This document shows positions 52,297 through 64,000 of a DNA stretch of 64,000 nt, piece after piece. Every line of letters starts with the position of its first letter. Position 1 is the stretch's first letter. The DNA is from Tubiluchus corallicola (taxonomy: Eukaryota > Animalia > Priapulida). The position numbers were made by a program, and so were the translations under genes. The notes under the pieces were generated by a model. The model saw only the letters and a list, made by a program, of their open reading frames with translations. It made no database searches and was not told the origin of the DNA. The stretch spans positions 434,001-498,000 of the forward strand of contig JAQGDQ010002372.1 in the NCBI GenBank assembly GCA_030141605.1, given 5' to 3'.

Positions 52297-54967
52297 CGCG
52301 ATACAAAGCCACATTTAATTAAGTTATTAAATTTTGTGATCAAAAGGAATGAATTTCGGACTGGATTTTTCGCGGAGACATACAGTGACCCAGTCGTTTA
52401 AAGCGTCTTCTTGTAAGTAAAATGTCACTGGTTCAAATACAAGCTGTATTCCAAATTTTTTCCGTCGTTCAAGTTAAGCATCAAAATTGTAATTTTGCGT
52501 CGTGACTTTTTGACCCGCTTGAGTTAGGACCCGAAAATTGAAAATATGTCCATCTTTGATGAAAAATTACTCCTACAAGAAGCGCCACCTACCAAGACGG
52601 AGCACAGTGGTGATTGTTTCAATTTTCTATCCAACGATGTGCCACACAGCTGCCACTGCCACAGGCCAGCCATGCTACGCCCGTATTTCTGGACCAATGT
52701 CGGTACCATACTTATATATTGCAGGTATCAACATGGTTTCCCTTAAACGCTCAGTGAACGAAAGCCATACAGAGACTTACCATGTATCATTTGTTTCGCC
52801 CTAAAACGTAAAGTAGAATCGCGTGCGCCACTCAAAATTGCGAGTTTCATTTAGCCATAAAGTGGCGATATGTAAGATGCTAGATACTGAGAATGTGCAC
52901 ATTCAGAATCTGGTTAAATTTTTGCTCTATGAGGCTTAGTTCTGAGATACGAATCTTTTAGGAATAACTAAAAAACTAGACAGGGCTACTTGACCAAATT
53001 TGGTTTACTTTGGTCTACCCAAATAGCCAGGGTAGAAGGTCACCTTGCCTTATAATTTTGGGTCGTGACCCTTTGACCCGCCTGAGTTATGACCCGAAAA
53101 CCGTCGAAATATGTTTATTTTTGAAAAGCTATTGTTCTTATAAGAAGTACAACTTATCCAAACAAAAATAAGCAAGTAAAGTACTAGGCCTTGGTTATAA
53201 ACACCCGCCCCTTTTGGTCGAACCCGAACTGTTGCTGTTTCACAAGGTGTTAAACATGCAGTTGTCAATGCAATTCTTAATATCTTGGGCAATAGGAAAA
53301 AAACGACATGGCTTCCTTTAAAGGTTCTGTAAAAATACATAACATAACAGATTTGCCATGAAACATAGAATAAGATTTTTTGTTTATCCGAAAATAACCG
53401 AAATATAGCAAATTGCACAAACGAGATGTTTCCCTTAATATATGAGACGAAGGGGTCGAAATGCCTAATTTGCGAAGCCATATCTCTTAAAAAAGCCTAA
53501 CGGAAGCTATTTTGAATCACGTTACTCACCACTGAAATCCTGAAAACAGAACTGTCCTTGTGGCCCTAGGCTGAGAAATCAATAAGACCTCAAGGTCTTA
53601 ATTTTTGCGGTAACTCACCAACACTTTATCTTTACGTTACTCAAGGCAAAGGCACCACTTACCTAGATGGCAGCGGTAAAGTGCAGAGAACCACAGAATG
53701 GTAATATACAATGTAAATTTCTATTCTGTGGTTCTCTGCAATTTACCGATGACAGTTTTGAGCCTGAGCAGACCAGGTGTACTGACTTAATGTCAGGTTT
53801 AAAAGGAAAAGAAGACTAAAAAGACTGATACTCGCTGCTCTTTTCTTTGGCTTTGTGTTGAGTAGTAGATGTGTGTAGCCACTAAAATTACTATCATTAC
53901 ATTCATTTGCAGAAATGCCATGAGGCATGTTAATCCTAAATAAAGCATGTTTGAGAAATTGCAGGCTGAAATAAGTTAGTATCGGTTTATCTAAAATGTT
54001 TTTGTGAGTTACAACTTACAATAGTAATATTAAAACAATTATGATCATTGCAAAATTGGTCAGTAACTTCTGATCTAGGTAAAATATAGTTTTCATAAAA
54101 TTTAACCAGAAATGTTAATTATAATCTCTAATTACTGTGCATTTTTAACCCAGAAAGTTGTGAATAACAGTCTATTTTTAGATCATAGATTTGATCTGGA
54201 GTATACAGTATATTATTGTTTATACAGCCAGCAATGGAACACTATACAGGACTCCTATAGTTTCCGTACAGCTGTAGTTTAGTAAATAAATTGTTTGCCT
54301 TCTTATTTGATATATTCCAAGATTATTTTTGGTCGTCTGTGGTGTTTGTAATGCTGTGATGTAATTTGTGTAAGATTGTGTGACTTAGCACATGTGTGTG
54401 CAAATTGTTAAATGCACCAGAGATACCAGTGACCTCACCGACAAAATTAAAGCAACTTATTTTTGCCTGTACAAAGCTTTTAATCAATTTTTAAATGTAA
54501 GATGGTTATCACAAATGTCTAAATTATATTTTGACATCTAATCATATTTTGTCTTCAGCATTTAATAAACTTAGAGATAATATTTATTTAATTTTTCAAA
54601 TTAATTAAGTGTACAGCAATAATGGTTAATGGCTTTTATAATTTAAATAAAGTTTCACACTGCAACAAAATAATAAAAGAATTATCATTAAATTTTTGTG
54701 TTTAATTTTAATAATGCTGTATTAACCTAGTAACATTTATGTTTAAAATGAATGTGTTTGTTATACTAGCTTTTATGCAGAAGTGTTTCAACATTAAATC
54801 AAACCTATTTTCTAAAACTAGAAAAGACAACGCAATGCTGCTGGCAATCTAATAGACAGGCCTATTTAATCTAATTTTTTATTGGGGGAAAAACTTATCA
54901 GTCCCAACATACCTATCGAGATTTTTATTCTTGCATTCGTAGTTTTCTGTATAGCTACTGTAGCACC

Positions 54968-57900
54968 TTAATGGTAATGCTTTTTCTTTGAAATGACGCT
55001 TTTGAATAGTTTTGCAATACGGGCCAAAAATTCATAGATATGCTGTAAAATTTCAAAGGCATCACAGATTAAGGAAGCAGTTTGTTGTGCAAAGTTGATC
55101 AGAAAGTTGATTAAAGTTTCAAATTGTTCTTCCGTTAAAATGCATCTTTCCGTAAACACTGCACTAGGACAAGTTGACGCGGTTTCCTGTACGCTGACTG
55201 TCTCCATTGTTATATCACCCCATGTGAACAGAGTGCCGGTATTTGAACAACTCGTGCTCATTGCTTCTGAAATAAAGATTTTGGAACATTTTTAATTACA
55301 TTTGCTATTACCTAAAGTATAAATTCTTATATGATATTCTATTCTAATTAAATGCACATCGTTCACTTCCCACAGTTCTACTTGCAGCTTCACTGATTAT
55401 AATCTGCAGGGCCCGACTTAATTAGATAAGAGAGGCCCTTGACTGCTCTACTTGTGAGGCCCATCCCAATGCACCACCATCGATTACGACTATAGAAGGG
55501 GAAGAGTTTTAGTGAAGCCGAGGATGATGAATATCATAATACCGTAGTTAGTAAAAACAATGCATAAATAAAAAAACAATTGCAAACTTTTGCAAGAACT
55601 GAGTTTTGCAAAGATTTTAAAGAATTATTGGGAATTTTTAGAAAAATTAGCCTGCTAGTTTATCTTCAGGTGATACATAAACTGATTTTTAAAAGTCTAC
55701 TGCTCAGTTCGCTACAACTGGGGCAGAAATTGCCGTCAAATTGAAATAATAATTAGCTTGCTTCTTTCACATCACTAAAACAAATCTTCAATAGTTATTA
55801 GAAAAGAATAATTCAGGGTGCACCCAGAGATATTATTGAATAAAATAGAAGGCTTATTTAGAAACTAGTGCACAAAATGCATAGGAAAGACTTGTAACAG
55901 TAATAAGATAATTATACTTTACCATTACCAGAGCCAGCCCCCTCCCGGATTTTAAGGCCCCAGCTTCAGCCTGTCTAGTCTATAAGTAAATCCGACCCTG
56001 ATAATCTGCATTTTCATATGCTAATACTTTGATATGCCTTTCAGTTTACGACATTGTAACATGAACCGTAATGACTGCGACCAGAATTATTATAAATTTT
56101 GCATATCATAGTAAGAGTAATCGTTTTGTATATAAGTAAAATCTGCCACAGTAATTACAAACAGTTTGAGATAAATATAACAGCTTTACAATAAAAGAGT
56201 ATCTCTTTTCCAGCTGAATAATTAGTTTATTTACCTATTACATTTTCCTCTAATTTGCTGTCAAATATTGTAATATCTGTAACACATCCTCGAAAGCTCT
56301 GTCGTTCTTCAAAGCCGCTTTCCACATTGTCTTGGTCTTGCCCAAAAATCAGACATCCGCCTGATTGGATTGAATCTGCGCCATCTCCAGTAAATGTACC
56401 TGTTTCTATCGTTAAATAATTAGTTAAAACTATGTACAATATGTAGCAAAAAAGACAAAATGCAAAGGCACTGCCACGCAAATATCATTGCTATAATTTG
56501 TAAGTGACAGTACTTAAGTGAGTTCGCTTCGCGAAAACAACATCAGCCTATATTGAGAGAGCAGAATGAATAGCTGCAGCGATCACAGGACGTGATTAAA
56601 CTGAACTAGAAACACATTATCCTAACTGGGTAGTCCAATAGTTGCAAACTGTTACAGTAACTGTACACAATATTTTTTAATATAAATAAAGGATAATTAT
56701 CTTTTGAATTAATAATTATTATCACTCTCAACTGTTTATGTTTTTTAATTTTTAGCATATAAGATTCATTGAAATTAATTTATACATGTCACTTCATTGA
56801 ATTCTAAATGTGAAAACTCCATGGCATATGTATAGTGCGAGGTATTATTTAAGAAGCAAGAGCTACTAAAACTTGTGTAGGTGGAAATAAAATAATTATT
56901 TGTCTAGTGTAATGAAAAAACTAAATGGAAGCACGTTTGCACGGACCTGTTACTCCATCCACTGTTACGCAAAATGAACCGTCCATTGACCAGCCAATAC
57001 AAACATAATGCCATTCATTGTCCCTCAGATTGGCTGCAATATCTGTAATCGTCCTGCCATAGTAAAATAACGTAACAGCGTTAACTGTGTATTAGTATTT
57101 AATAAAGTGTCATTGCAGCATTTACGTGGTAAACATTTCCATTCTTTCACGGTTTATTTATAATTGAATTCCATTATAAACTTGACATTTGTGCGGCAAG
57201 TGTGGTAGTATGGACGCATTATAGGTAATTTGTTAGCGATAAGGAAACTGAAGATCATATGAGAATCTGGTATGTCACTGTTGCTCTTACTGATAAAATT
57301 GTGCTATACTATCAAATTGCACTTCTAAAAACCGATACCCCATAGAATTTCTATACCTAAGTGAAGTGTTGTTCCGACAGATTGGTTCCGGTATTTGCGA
57401 AAAAATGCGGGTTCGGTAACGGTTTTGAAGAAAATAAAAAAATCTGTGTTGGTTTGGTATTGGTTTCGAGGAAAATAAAAATCTGTGTCGGTTCGGATGG
57501 ATTTTTCGGGTTCGGAACAACACTAACGCTTATACATATTTCAACATAAACTGTGAAGGTCTCTCGTTGCGTAATTACTTGATAGCATTAGCAGCAAGAT
57601 GTTTAAACATGGACAGGCAAACATCTCCAGTTTTGAAAGATATTTGTAATTTTCCACTTGTGAACACAAATGTTCATAATTTGCATTTATAGCTGATCTA
57701 AACAATAATCAATGATCGGTTAATCGGTATTGGTTTTGAGGAAATCATCATCTGTTTTCAAAGATAATCAATAATATATCGATTCGATACTGGTTTTGGG
57801 AAAAATCGGTATCGGTTCATATCGGTTCGGATCGGTTTTTTCAGTTCGGAATAACACTCCATATGCCAGCAATAAGCTAGAATATAATGATGTTTCAATA

Positions 57901-60900
57901 CATTTCTAGGTATTGTTATACTACTTTCAAATAGATCATAAAATTACATAATTATAGGCCAATTTGAAAGTTGAGTTTTTCTTGGCGTACCTTTATTTTA
58001 GGCTGTATATCAACACATCATCAACGACTCATTTGCCTGAATTTCACATTTCTAAGAAAGTGTAAGAAAGAACCTTAACATTTGAAAAGTTTTGACAAAT
58101 TATGTGAGACAAAAGTATAGAAGTTTTTAGAAAAGTCTGAAAAAGATCAAAGAAAAAGTTTTATTGTGAAAGAAATAGAATCTTATGTTAGTAGTTCGTA
58201 GTATAATCTCACTGTAGCTCTCCATTGACAAATACAAGAATGTCGTTTCCTCGCACTAAGACTAAAAACTGGTTAGATGCAGCAGCCGGACCAGTAGCAT
58301 ATGACATAAGTGCAATGTCATCATCTTTGGCTTCAGGATTACCAGTAAATGGGACGTCAGTTTTCATCCACTAGAAAATTACATTTATAGTGATATTAGA
58401 GATAGCTGGCGATAGGCAATAATGCCCCACTAGTCATTATTCACGAGGTTATAGGGAAAATAATCGAGTGCAGCATTTAAATTAAATTAACAAAATCATT
58501 ACAGTCTATTTGTTCTGTCACAAAATAGATATCAGACACTCAGTTCACTAGATTGTCAAAAAGATTCGAGATTTGAGTGATTGCATCTTGGTAAAACATC
58601 ATTTGCCTTCAGATTTATGTGGCCTTTTTGTTCTAGTTAGGTACTCCTACAGTATATCATAGTAAGTGATGAGTGAGAAGGTAGCAACATTTGTTAAAAA
58701 CCTATAGTGTTCATCTCTTTACCCTTCGGAACCATAGTGGACGACTATGACTAGGATAAAATCATTTCAGCAGACTCAGCTTCTTTATGTTCCTCTGAGT
58801 TTTTTACAGAAATGAGGCTTACCATGCATGTTGTCATGGCGTCCAAATCAGTAGTGATTACATTATTTAGTTTTATATAATCTTCTGTACCACGTTCCGG
58901 AAATACAACCATAGTCTCTTCTGTAGCGTTTGTACAAGTTGGGGTCAGACCTACAACAAAATTAAAATACCTGTAATCTGATGATTCTGATTGCACTGAG
59001 GTGACATTGTGATTGATTCGGCAGGCTCATACCCAACTGAACAATAACGAAGCACACATTGGGACCACTGGGACACTTAATTGCAAGCACACCACCTTAA
59101 TATAATATGTCACATTCAGCTACTGTTTATCTTCTAGTTAGGTCCAGTGAGTAGCACGTTACCATATATATTATTCGGATTCCAGCCAAAGTCTGCTGTC
59201 AGACTTACGTGCTAGGACTGCCAACCCTGAGTCCCGTCCATCGATTAGATTTTTTTGAAGCCCGTCCGTCTCCATAGTCCATCTCCGTTTCCGTGCTAAG
59301 AATGGCTAACTAAAAGCTGTTCTTTTTAACTTCTGAATGAGTGTTCTTTCGAGGCAGATTTTTGTTTTAGTCGTAGTACTTGAGGTTCTGTGCTGAAGTG
59401 TGCATAAATTAAAAGAAATTTCTAGAAAATTAACATTAAAAGCCGTTATGACATCTATTCCAAGGCAGTTGGACTCGTGGAACCCATTTCTGTAATTTTC
59501 ATTTCAACAATGACGACCGCCTTCAAAATGGCCGTCATTAGACTAGAAGAAAATCATGAAAGGAGCTTCTATAAATTTCTAGAGGCATTTTTTCTAAAAG
59601 TGGGCAACATAGCCAATGTTAGCAAAGTTTGTTGTTGGCTTGAAAATCTAATGGAAAATGGTAAAAAATGCAAAAAATACAGTGGCTGCAAATTTTTTGC
59701 GCACACAATGTAAATCAAAACAAGTTCCCTGAAAATTGATATTATGAAGTGATGATGACATCTATTCCATTGACTTTGCTACCCGTTTCTGTTACTTTTG
59801 TACAGAAATGGTCACGGTTTTCAAAATGGCTGCCATACAAAAATAAATTGTGCCGACTAATTATATTACCTGTTTCATCTAAGGATTTATTATAAAAATA
59901 TAAGGCAGGTCATTTTTGTTAATTCGACCTTGACTCTAAATACTGCTAGACTAATAACTAATATTTAAAAATGAGCAAAAAGGAAAATGGCTGCCGTGCA
60001 TTTCGTGTAAAAGTTATAAAATTTAGCGGAATACTAGAATGTCAAGGTGATTAATTTTGGATAAAATAAGTCTTGCAATATGGGCGCTATTTTCAAGATG
60101 GCCAACATGGTTCGCTGGCATATAAAGGTTATATTACATAAAATTCAAACCCATCAAAGTGATCAATTTTGGATATGAGGTCAGACGAAAATCATCCAAT
60201 ATTGCCACCATTTCAAAAATTGCTAAGAAGATGAAGGCTATTGCTAATTTTTTTAAAGCCGTATCTTAGCTACTAGAGCTTAAGTTTTATTTATGGGTTG
60301 CTTGGCCCCTGCATGACACCAAAATCTTCTTATCTGTTCTAATGGTTAAGATATATTATAGCCTTTACATGCTAGCGAGCCATCTTTTTGGTCATCTTGA
60401 AAATGGCGCCCATATTGAATAATTTTTTATCCAAAATTACTTACCTTGACATTCTAGCATTCTGCTAAATTTATAACCTTTACACGAAATGAACAATTTT
60501 CACGATTTTGCTGGACTATACGTCAAGCACGTCAGCGACAGCCACTATCTTTTTTGCTCATTTCTTATTATTAGTTATTAATCTAACAGTATTTAGAGTC
60601 AACAAGGTCGGCCGTTTTGTTTTTAGCTTATTGGGCTGTTTGAATCGCTTTGTATTACTTTCATACTAGTAGCAGCTATCTAGATTCGAGAAGATCCAGT
60701 TGATTGGTTCTTGTTTGTCTAATAAATCTATGATAAAACAGTTAATGCAATAGCGTGATCGGCATTATTGCTTGGCAGCCATTTTGAAAACGGTAACCAT
60801 TTTTGAAATGAAAATGACAGAAATGAGTTCCTCGGGTCCAACTGGAACCTTGGAATAGCTGTCATGTTGCCTTCTTAATATTAATTTTGTAAACGTTTCT

Positions 60901-62591
60901 CTTAATTTACGTTGTTTGCACAAAAACTTGGCAGCCATGTTTTTTTGCGTTTAGCCCCTTTCCGCTAATTTTTCGAGATGGCAACAGGTTTTTCGGATTC
61001 AGAGTAGTTAAACTGATAAGACTGGCTATGTTGCCCATTTATAAAAAAGACTAGACTATATATGCTTTTCCTAGTTACCCTTTATATGTAAATCGCATTT
61101 AGAATGTATCCAAAATTTTACCACACTAGGCTTATTTGCGGTAAGTTTCATTTAAACGAAAATGTATAAAGCTGTAGCCCTTTAACTGCATGCAAGTCAT
61201 TACACATGCAGAAAAACGTGTAACATGATAAAATGTTGAAGGACATCATAATAAGCACTGTAGATACACATTCGTGGAACTGTATATGCCCGGGGAAGTG
61301 TATAACATTTGCGTAATCCTTATGCATTACTAAACATATTAAATTAAGTACGCTATTAAAGGGAAACTAAATATTAAACATACGTTTGCATTTAATTTTA
61401 AATTCAACGAATTTAGCATAAAAGCTTTCTTCTAAATTAAGTCTATTATACACGTACATCGACTAATATTAAAAATATTCACATATTACGTGTTACGTAA
61501 TTCTATCTGCGTCAGCCTGATACACGTATAAATGTAATTTGGTCTACTTACTTTGAAGGTCTGTCACAGAAGATTCCACGAAGCTTTTATACTGAGTTAG
61601 ATCGCTTTGTATAGAATCATATCTCGGGAAAGTGAATCTTGTAGGATCATATCGATTGGCACCTATACAGTTAACATAATCAAAATGTAGCTTCAGTGAA
61701 AATATACTAAAAATTGATTGATGTTTTCAAGCTGAAAAACATAACAATATTTTATCGGTCTTCCCATGACTGCGGATAACCGCTGAAAAAGCAAAAAACT
61801 CGCAGTTACACTGGTTTACAACTTTACATTACAAAAGATAGTAACCAGAATCGGGAAGAGCCAATGGCTAGTTCGATATTACTGTTACTGAAGTAGCGTT
61901 ACTATGGCTTCACACTTGGTCTGTAATCTAAAAGGGAGGCTTGCTCTAAATAAATAATACGCTAATACTTCATGATATCAACTCTCGATTATTTAAATTC
62001 GTGTAATTCATGTTGTCAACAAATGAACTCGTTTATCTGTTTCTTCATGGTAATCCACACTTAAGTATATCTGTTAATATTCAAGTATTTAAGCTTGTAA
62101 AGAAATTTATATTTCTAACTAAGCGCTTCTAGTCTCTGTACTAGTTTATATTGATTACAGAGTAATATTTATTTATTTCTCAACATTCTGCTATGTATAT
62201 ATTTATGCTAGTAGTCATACTGTAATGCTTCTACTGTTTGTCTATTACCTGCACTCTACTAAGTGCCACATTTCATTGATGAGAACATTTATCATTTGTT
62301 AGAAACTGTCTGTTCAAGCCATGTTGCAATATTTCTTATTCAATAAAAATATATTGAAACTGTAAATGTAAAACTTTACGTGAATGAATTTTACTGTAAA
62401 TCACGTATCTCTGCGTCTCCTTCCCGTTTGTTTGGTTATTGAACTTATACCAATCGCTTATTTATTTTTGATTCAGGAAAAAACCAAATGACTTGATTTG
62501 ATCAATACTTACGTCGTGTATGAATCTTTACGGATGGATGTGCGCTTGATTCGGCAATAAACGTCATTAAAATAACTACTGCAGTATTCAT
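54968..62591 (-). CDS. Secreted pentraxin-domain gene C (350 aa). Exons 62591-62513, 61662-61552, 58950-58823, 58370-58213, 57053-56947, 56405-56235, 55266-54968.
   Basis: Complete ORF from MNTAVVILMTFIAESSA (signal-like) through the pentraxin motifs to ...SKKKHYH*. Exon lengths 79/111/128/158/107/171/299 equal those of gene A. Confidence 0.88.
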
Positions 62592-62849
62592 AATTGTACA
62601 GCTGAACTACATAAAAATGGATGCGTAAAATTGCATATTAGCTAAATGACAGATTATAAACGTGTTGTCATGAAAAAAGAACAGTGGTATGTAAGCTCAC
62701 CTAACACAGATTGCATAAAGAGGTAGTCACGTGCAAAGGAGCCAGTTGAATGAAAACATGTACAATAGTATATATCAATGGTAGACTGAAATTTTGTTCT
62801 AGAACTAAAACTGACCAAAACTGACTGAAAGACAAAAATCGTCAAGGTC

Positions 62850-63341
62850 CAATTTCAGAAGCAATGCACTAGGTTCGAGCTCAATTCAAATATTCTCTCC
62901 GAGCATGTAAGAGAAATGAGCAGGTTATTGTTGCTGATCGGAGAGCCTACAGATATATGCACTGTAATTCATATCAATTCTGGGCATCCATTAAAAAGGA
63001 GTCAAATTCTAAGCAACTCTCCTCCCTTCCCGCATTGGGTAAACCACTGGCGAAAAGCAAATATGTGATATGTGGAAGAACCACTACCAGGCACTTCTTA
63101 ATTCTCTTGACAATTGCGATCTACCAATTAGGCTAAAGGAATCTCTGACTACCAACCTAAACAATGCTCCTGCAATCACTGTAAGAGAGGTTCAGGATGC
63201 CATGTCTAGCCTGTCTCACCACAAAAGTCCAGGCCCTGATCGGCTCCAAGCGGAATATTATACATACGCAACTGGGCTTCTACCCATATTGCTAGCTTTA
63301 ATTTATACATCTTGCATTGCTCATAGTTTTCCAAATGCACT
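62850..63341 (+). mobile_element. LINE RT remnant (duplicate of 30830-31312), interrupted at 63341
   Basis: MWKNHYQALLNS...KSPGPDRLQAEYY. Confidence 0.88.
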
Positions 63342-64000
63342 GCAAAAGATTTGGGACCAGTCATGGGATGCTAGTTTGGACTTGAAGTCTGCGACAGTGC
63401 TATCATTAAAGATTCTAAATTTTGAAACTACTGGTTTTGAATGAAGTGCTTTCAAGCTAGTTACTGAATAAATGGGAAATTGGTCAGATATGTCACTGTA
63501 GAGAATGCCCGAGTTTAGGTTGTCATTTGACACACAGTTTGTACATATATTATCGATTAAAGTTGCTGAGTAAGTAGTAATTCTTGTTGGTTGCTGATTA
63601 AGGGATACAATGAATGACTAGGTAGGCAATTGAGAAAAGATTCAGTTCCTTCGTGTGAGTCACAGTTAAGCAATTTTAAGTTGAAATCGCCGCAGACAAA
63701 GATGTGTTTGTTTTTATCAATTATTTTAGAGAGAAGATTATCTAAACCATCAAGGAATACTGGGATACTGGTACCCGGAGGTCTATATAACACTCCAACT
63801 AAGACCATTTTTGTATGTTCTTGGGTAATTTTAACAAACAGTGATTCACAGGTTAGTTCATCGAAACAGTCTAAGCCATTACGAGGTTTACTGTTTAAAT
63901 CATCCTTTATATACAGGGAAACCCCTCCACCTGTTCTCTGTTTGCGGGTTTTTGAGTAGTGATTATAATGTTTTATTGAAAACTGATCTTTATTCTGATC
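63342..64000 (-). mobile_element. CR1/L2-like LINE apurinic-endonuclease region in opposite orientation
   Basis: GGVSLYI, VGVLYRPP, IFVCGDFNL and SGILYSDISDQFPI motifs, with a frameshift. Confidence 0.9.

Larger units (their letters stand above)
53674..63341 (+). repeat. ~10-kb duplicated segment, copy 2
   Basis: Aligns to 21427-31312. Confidence 0.97.

Noticed and set aside
63070-63444. 124-aa ORF as a novel chimeric protein
   Set aside because: Read-through from one LINE remnant into the antisense strand of another.

Overview
AT-rich, intron-containing animal genomic DNA, probably a marine invertebrate; a tunicate is plausible but cannot be shown from sequence alone. From left to right it contains: (1) the first three coding exons of an ABCB1/P-glycoprotein-type ABC transporter on the minus strand, running off the left edge; (2) a divergently transcribed, multi-exon BBS12 chaperonin-like gene on the plus strand, with X-box-like motifs upstream; (3) a tandem cluster of three minus-strand pentraxin-domain genes, here called A, B and C. 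A (22.8-30.6 kb) and C (55.0-62.6 kb) lie in a ~10 kb near-identical duplication. A has TTG where C has its ATG. The diverged copy B looks damaged. All three carry an unusual helical C-terminal tail ending in H-Y-x, which in A and C ends in a cationic amphipathic, antimicrobial-peptide-like segment. The rest is LINE remnants, hAT-type elements with 8-bp TSDs, MITEs, long inverted repeats, a 39-bp minisatellite and microsatellites. Exon structures were assembled by eye from GT-AG sites, phase and recalled family motifs; no searches were run.
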